From Candidatus Micrarchaeota archaeon (GTDB taxonomy: Archaea; Micrarchaeota; Micrarchaeia; Norongarragalinales; Norongarragalinaceae), in the NCBI GenBank assembly GCA_043822385.1, contig JBDRBT010000014.1, positions 164-64,163 of the forward strand: a stretch of 64,000 nt of DNA. The letters run 5' to 3'. The notes below the pieces were generated by a model that had not been told where the DNA came from, ran no database searches, and was given only the letters and a program-made list of their open reading frames with translations. Shown piece by piece: positions 63,875-64,000 of the stretch. How positions within the stretch are numbered: position 1 is the first letter of the stretch; every line of letters starts with the position of its first letter. The position numbers and the translations under genes are program-made.

Positions 63875-64000
63875 ACTTGAGAGCGTTTTGGGATTACTTC
63901 CTGCTAGCATTCAATAACCTGCGGCACAGAGGCTTGCGAAGCTTGCTGACTATAATCGGCATCTTCATAGGAATAGCGGCAGTAGTAGCGCTAGTAGCGC
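63870..64000 (+). CDS. ABC transporter permease (MacB/FtsX family), N-terminal fragment; continues beyond right edge
   Basis: Hand translation from ATG 63870 (ATGA overlap): MNLRAFWDYFLLAFNNLRHRGLRSLLTIIGIFIGIAAVVALVA, the typical FtsX-type permease N-terminus. Confidence 0.8.

Noticed and set aside
1-64000. Mobile elements, prophage or CRISPR-Cas
   Set aside because: I saw no transposase, integrase, terminal inverted repeats, cas genes or repeat-spacer arrays while reading the translations. The only mobility-associated module is the RelE/ParE TA pair.

Overview
Compact, low-GC (about 38-40% by eye) archaeal chromosome segment. The archaeal assignment rests on TFB, a TBP-type protein, an HMf-type histone, Rpo4/F, ribosomal proteins L7Ae, S28e, L24e, S8e, S3Ae, L21e and S15, DUF655-KsgA, Trm1, Trm5, Hef/XPF and an intron-containing tRNA. 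Genes are tightly packed, with many ATGA/GTGA/TAATG overlaps and GGTG-type ribosome binding sites. Many proteins are Lys-rich orphans and several genes look reduced or split. This fits a small-genome uncultivated archaeon, possibly DPANN-like, but that placement is inference only. I saw no CRISPR array, transposase or integrase. The standout region is about 22.4-42.6 kb, where nearly all of isoprenoid precursor synthesis is co-localised. It holds GGPP synthase, the HMG-CoA synthase/thiolase/DUF35 operon, a threonine dehydrogenase plus 2-amino-3-ketobutyrate CoA ligase pair, class II HMG-CoA reductase, isopentenyl phosphate kinase and type 2 IDI. At its core (31988-37561) is a six-gene translationally coupled operon. 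In it, a Thermoplasma-type lower mevalonate enzyme set (MDD-fold kinase-like, 2PGK-family P-loop kinase, MDD-fold decarboxylase-like) alternates one-to-one with three divergent HAD-superfamily paralogs. I do not know this arrangement from any described pathway variant. Other notable items: a 107-aa single-repeat (half) TBP next to an orphan shortened 5S rRNA; a tRNA-Trp(CCA) candidate whose 98-nt intron carries box C/D-like motifs and a guide placing C34 at the N+5 position; a Whirly-like ssDNA-binding protein next to a RecJ/GAN-like DHH nuclease; a Hef split into separate helicase and nuclease genes; a membrane-anchored lytic-transglycosylase-like protein; and two TrmB regulators whose divergent promoters share a GTAACAA/TTGTTAC motif. 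All functional calls come from reading the translations by eye. No database search was run.
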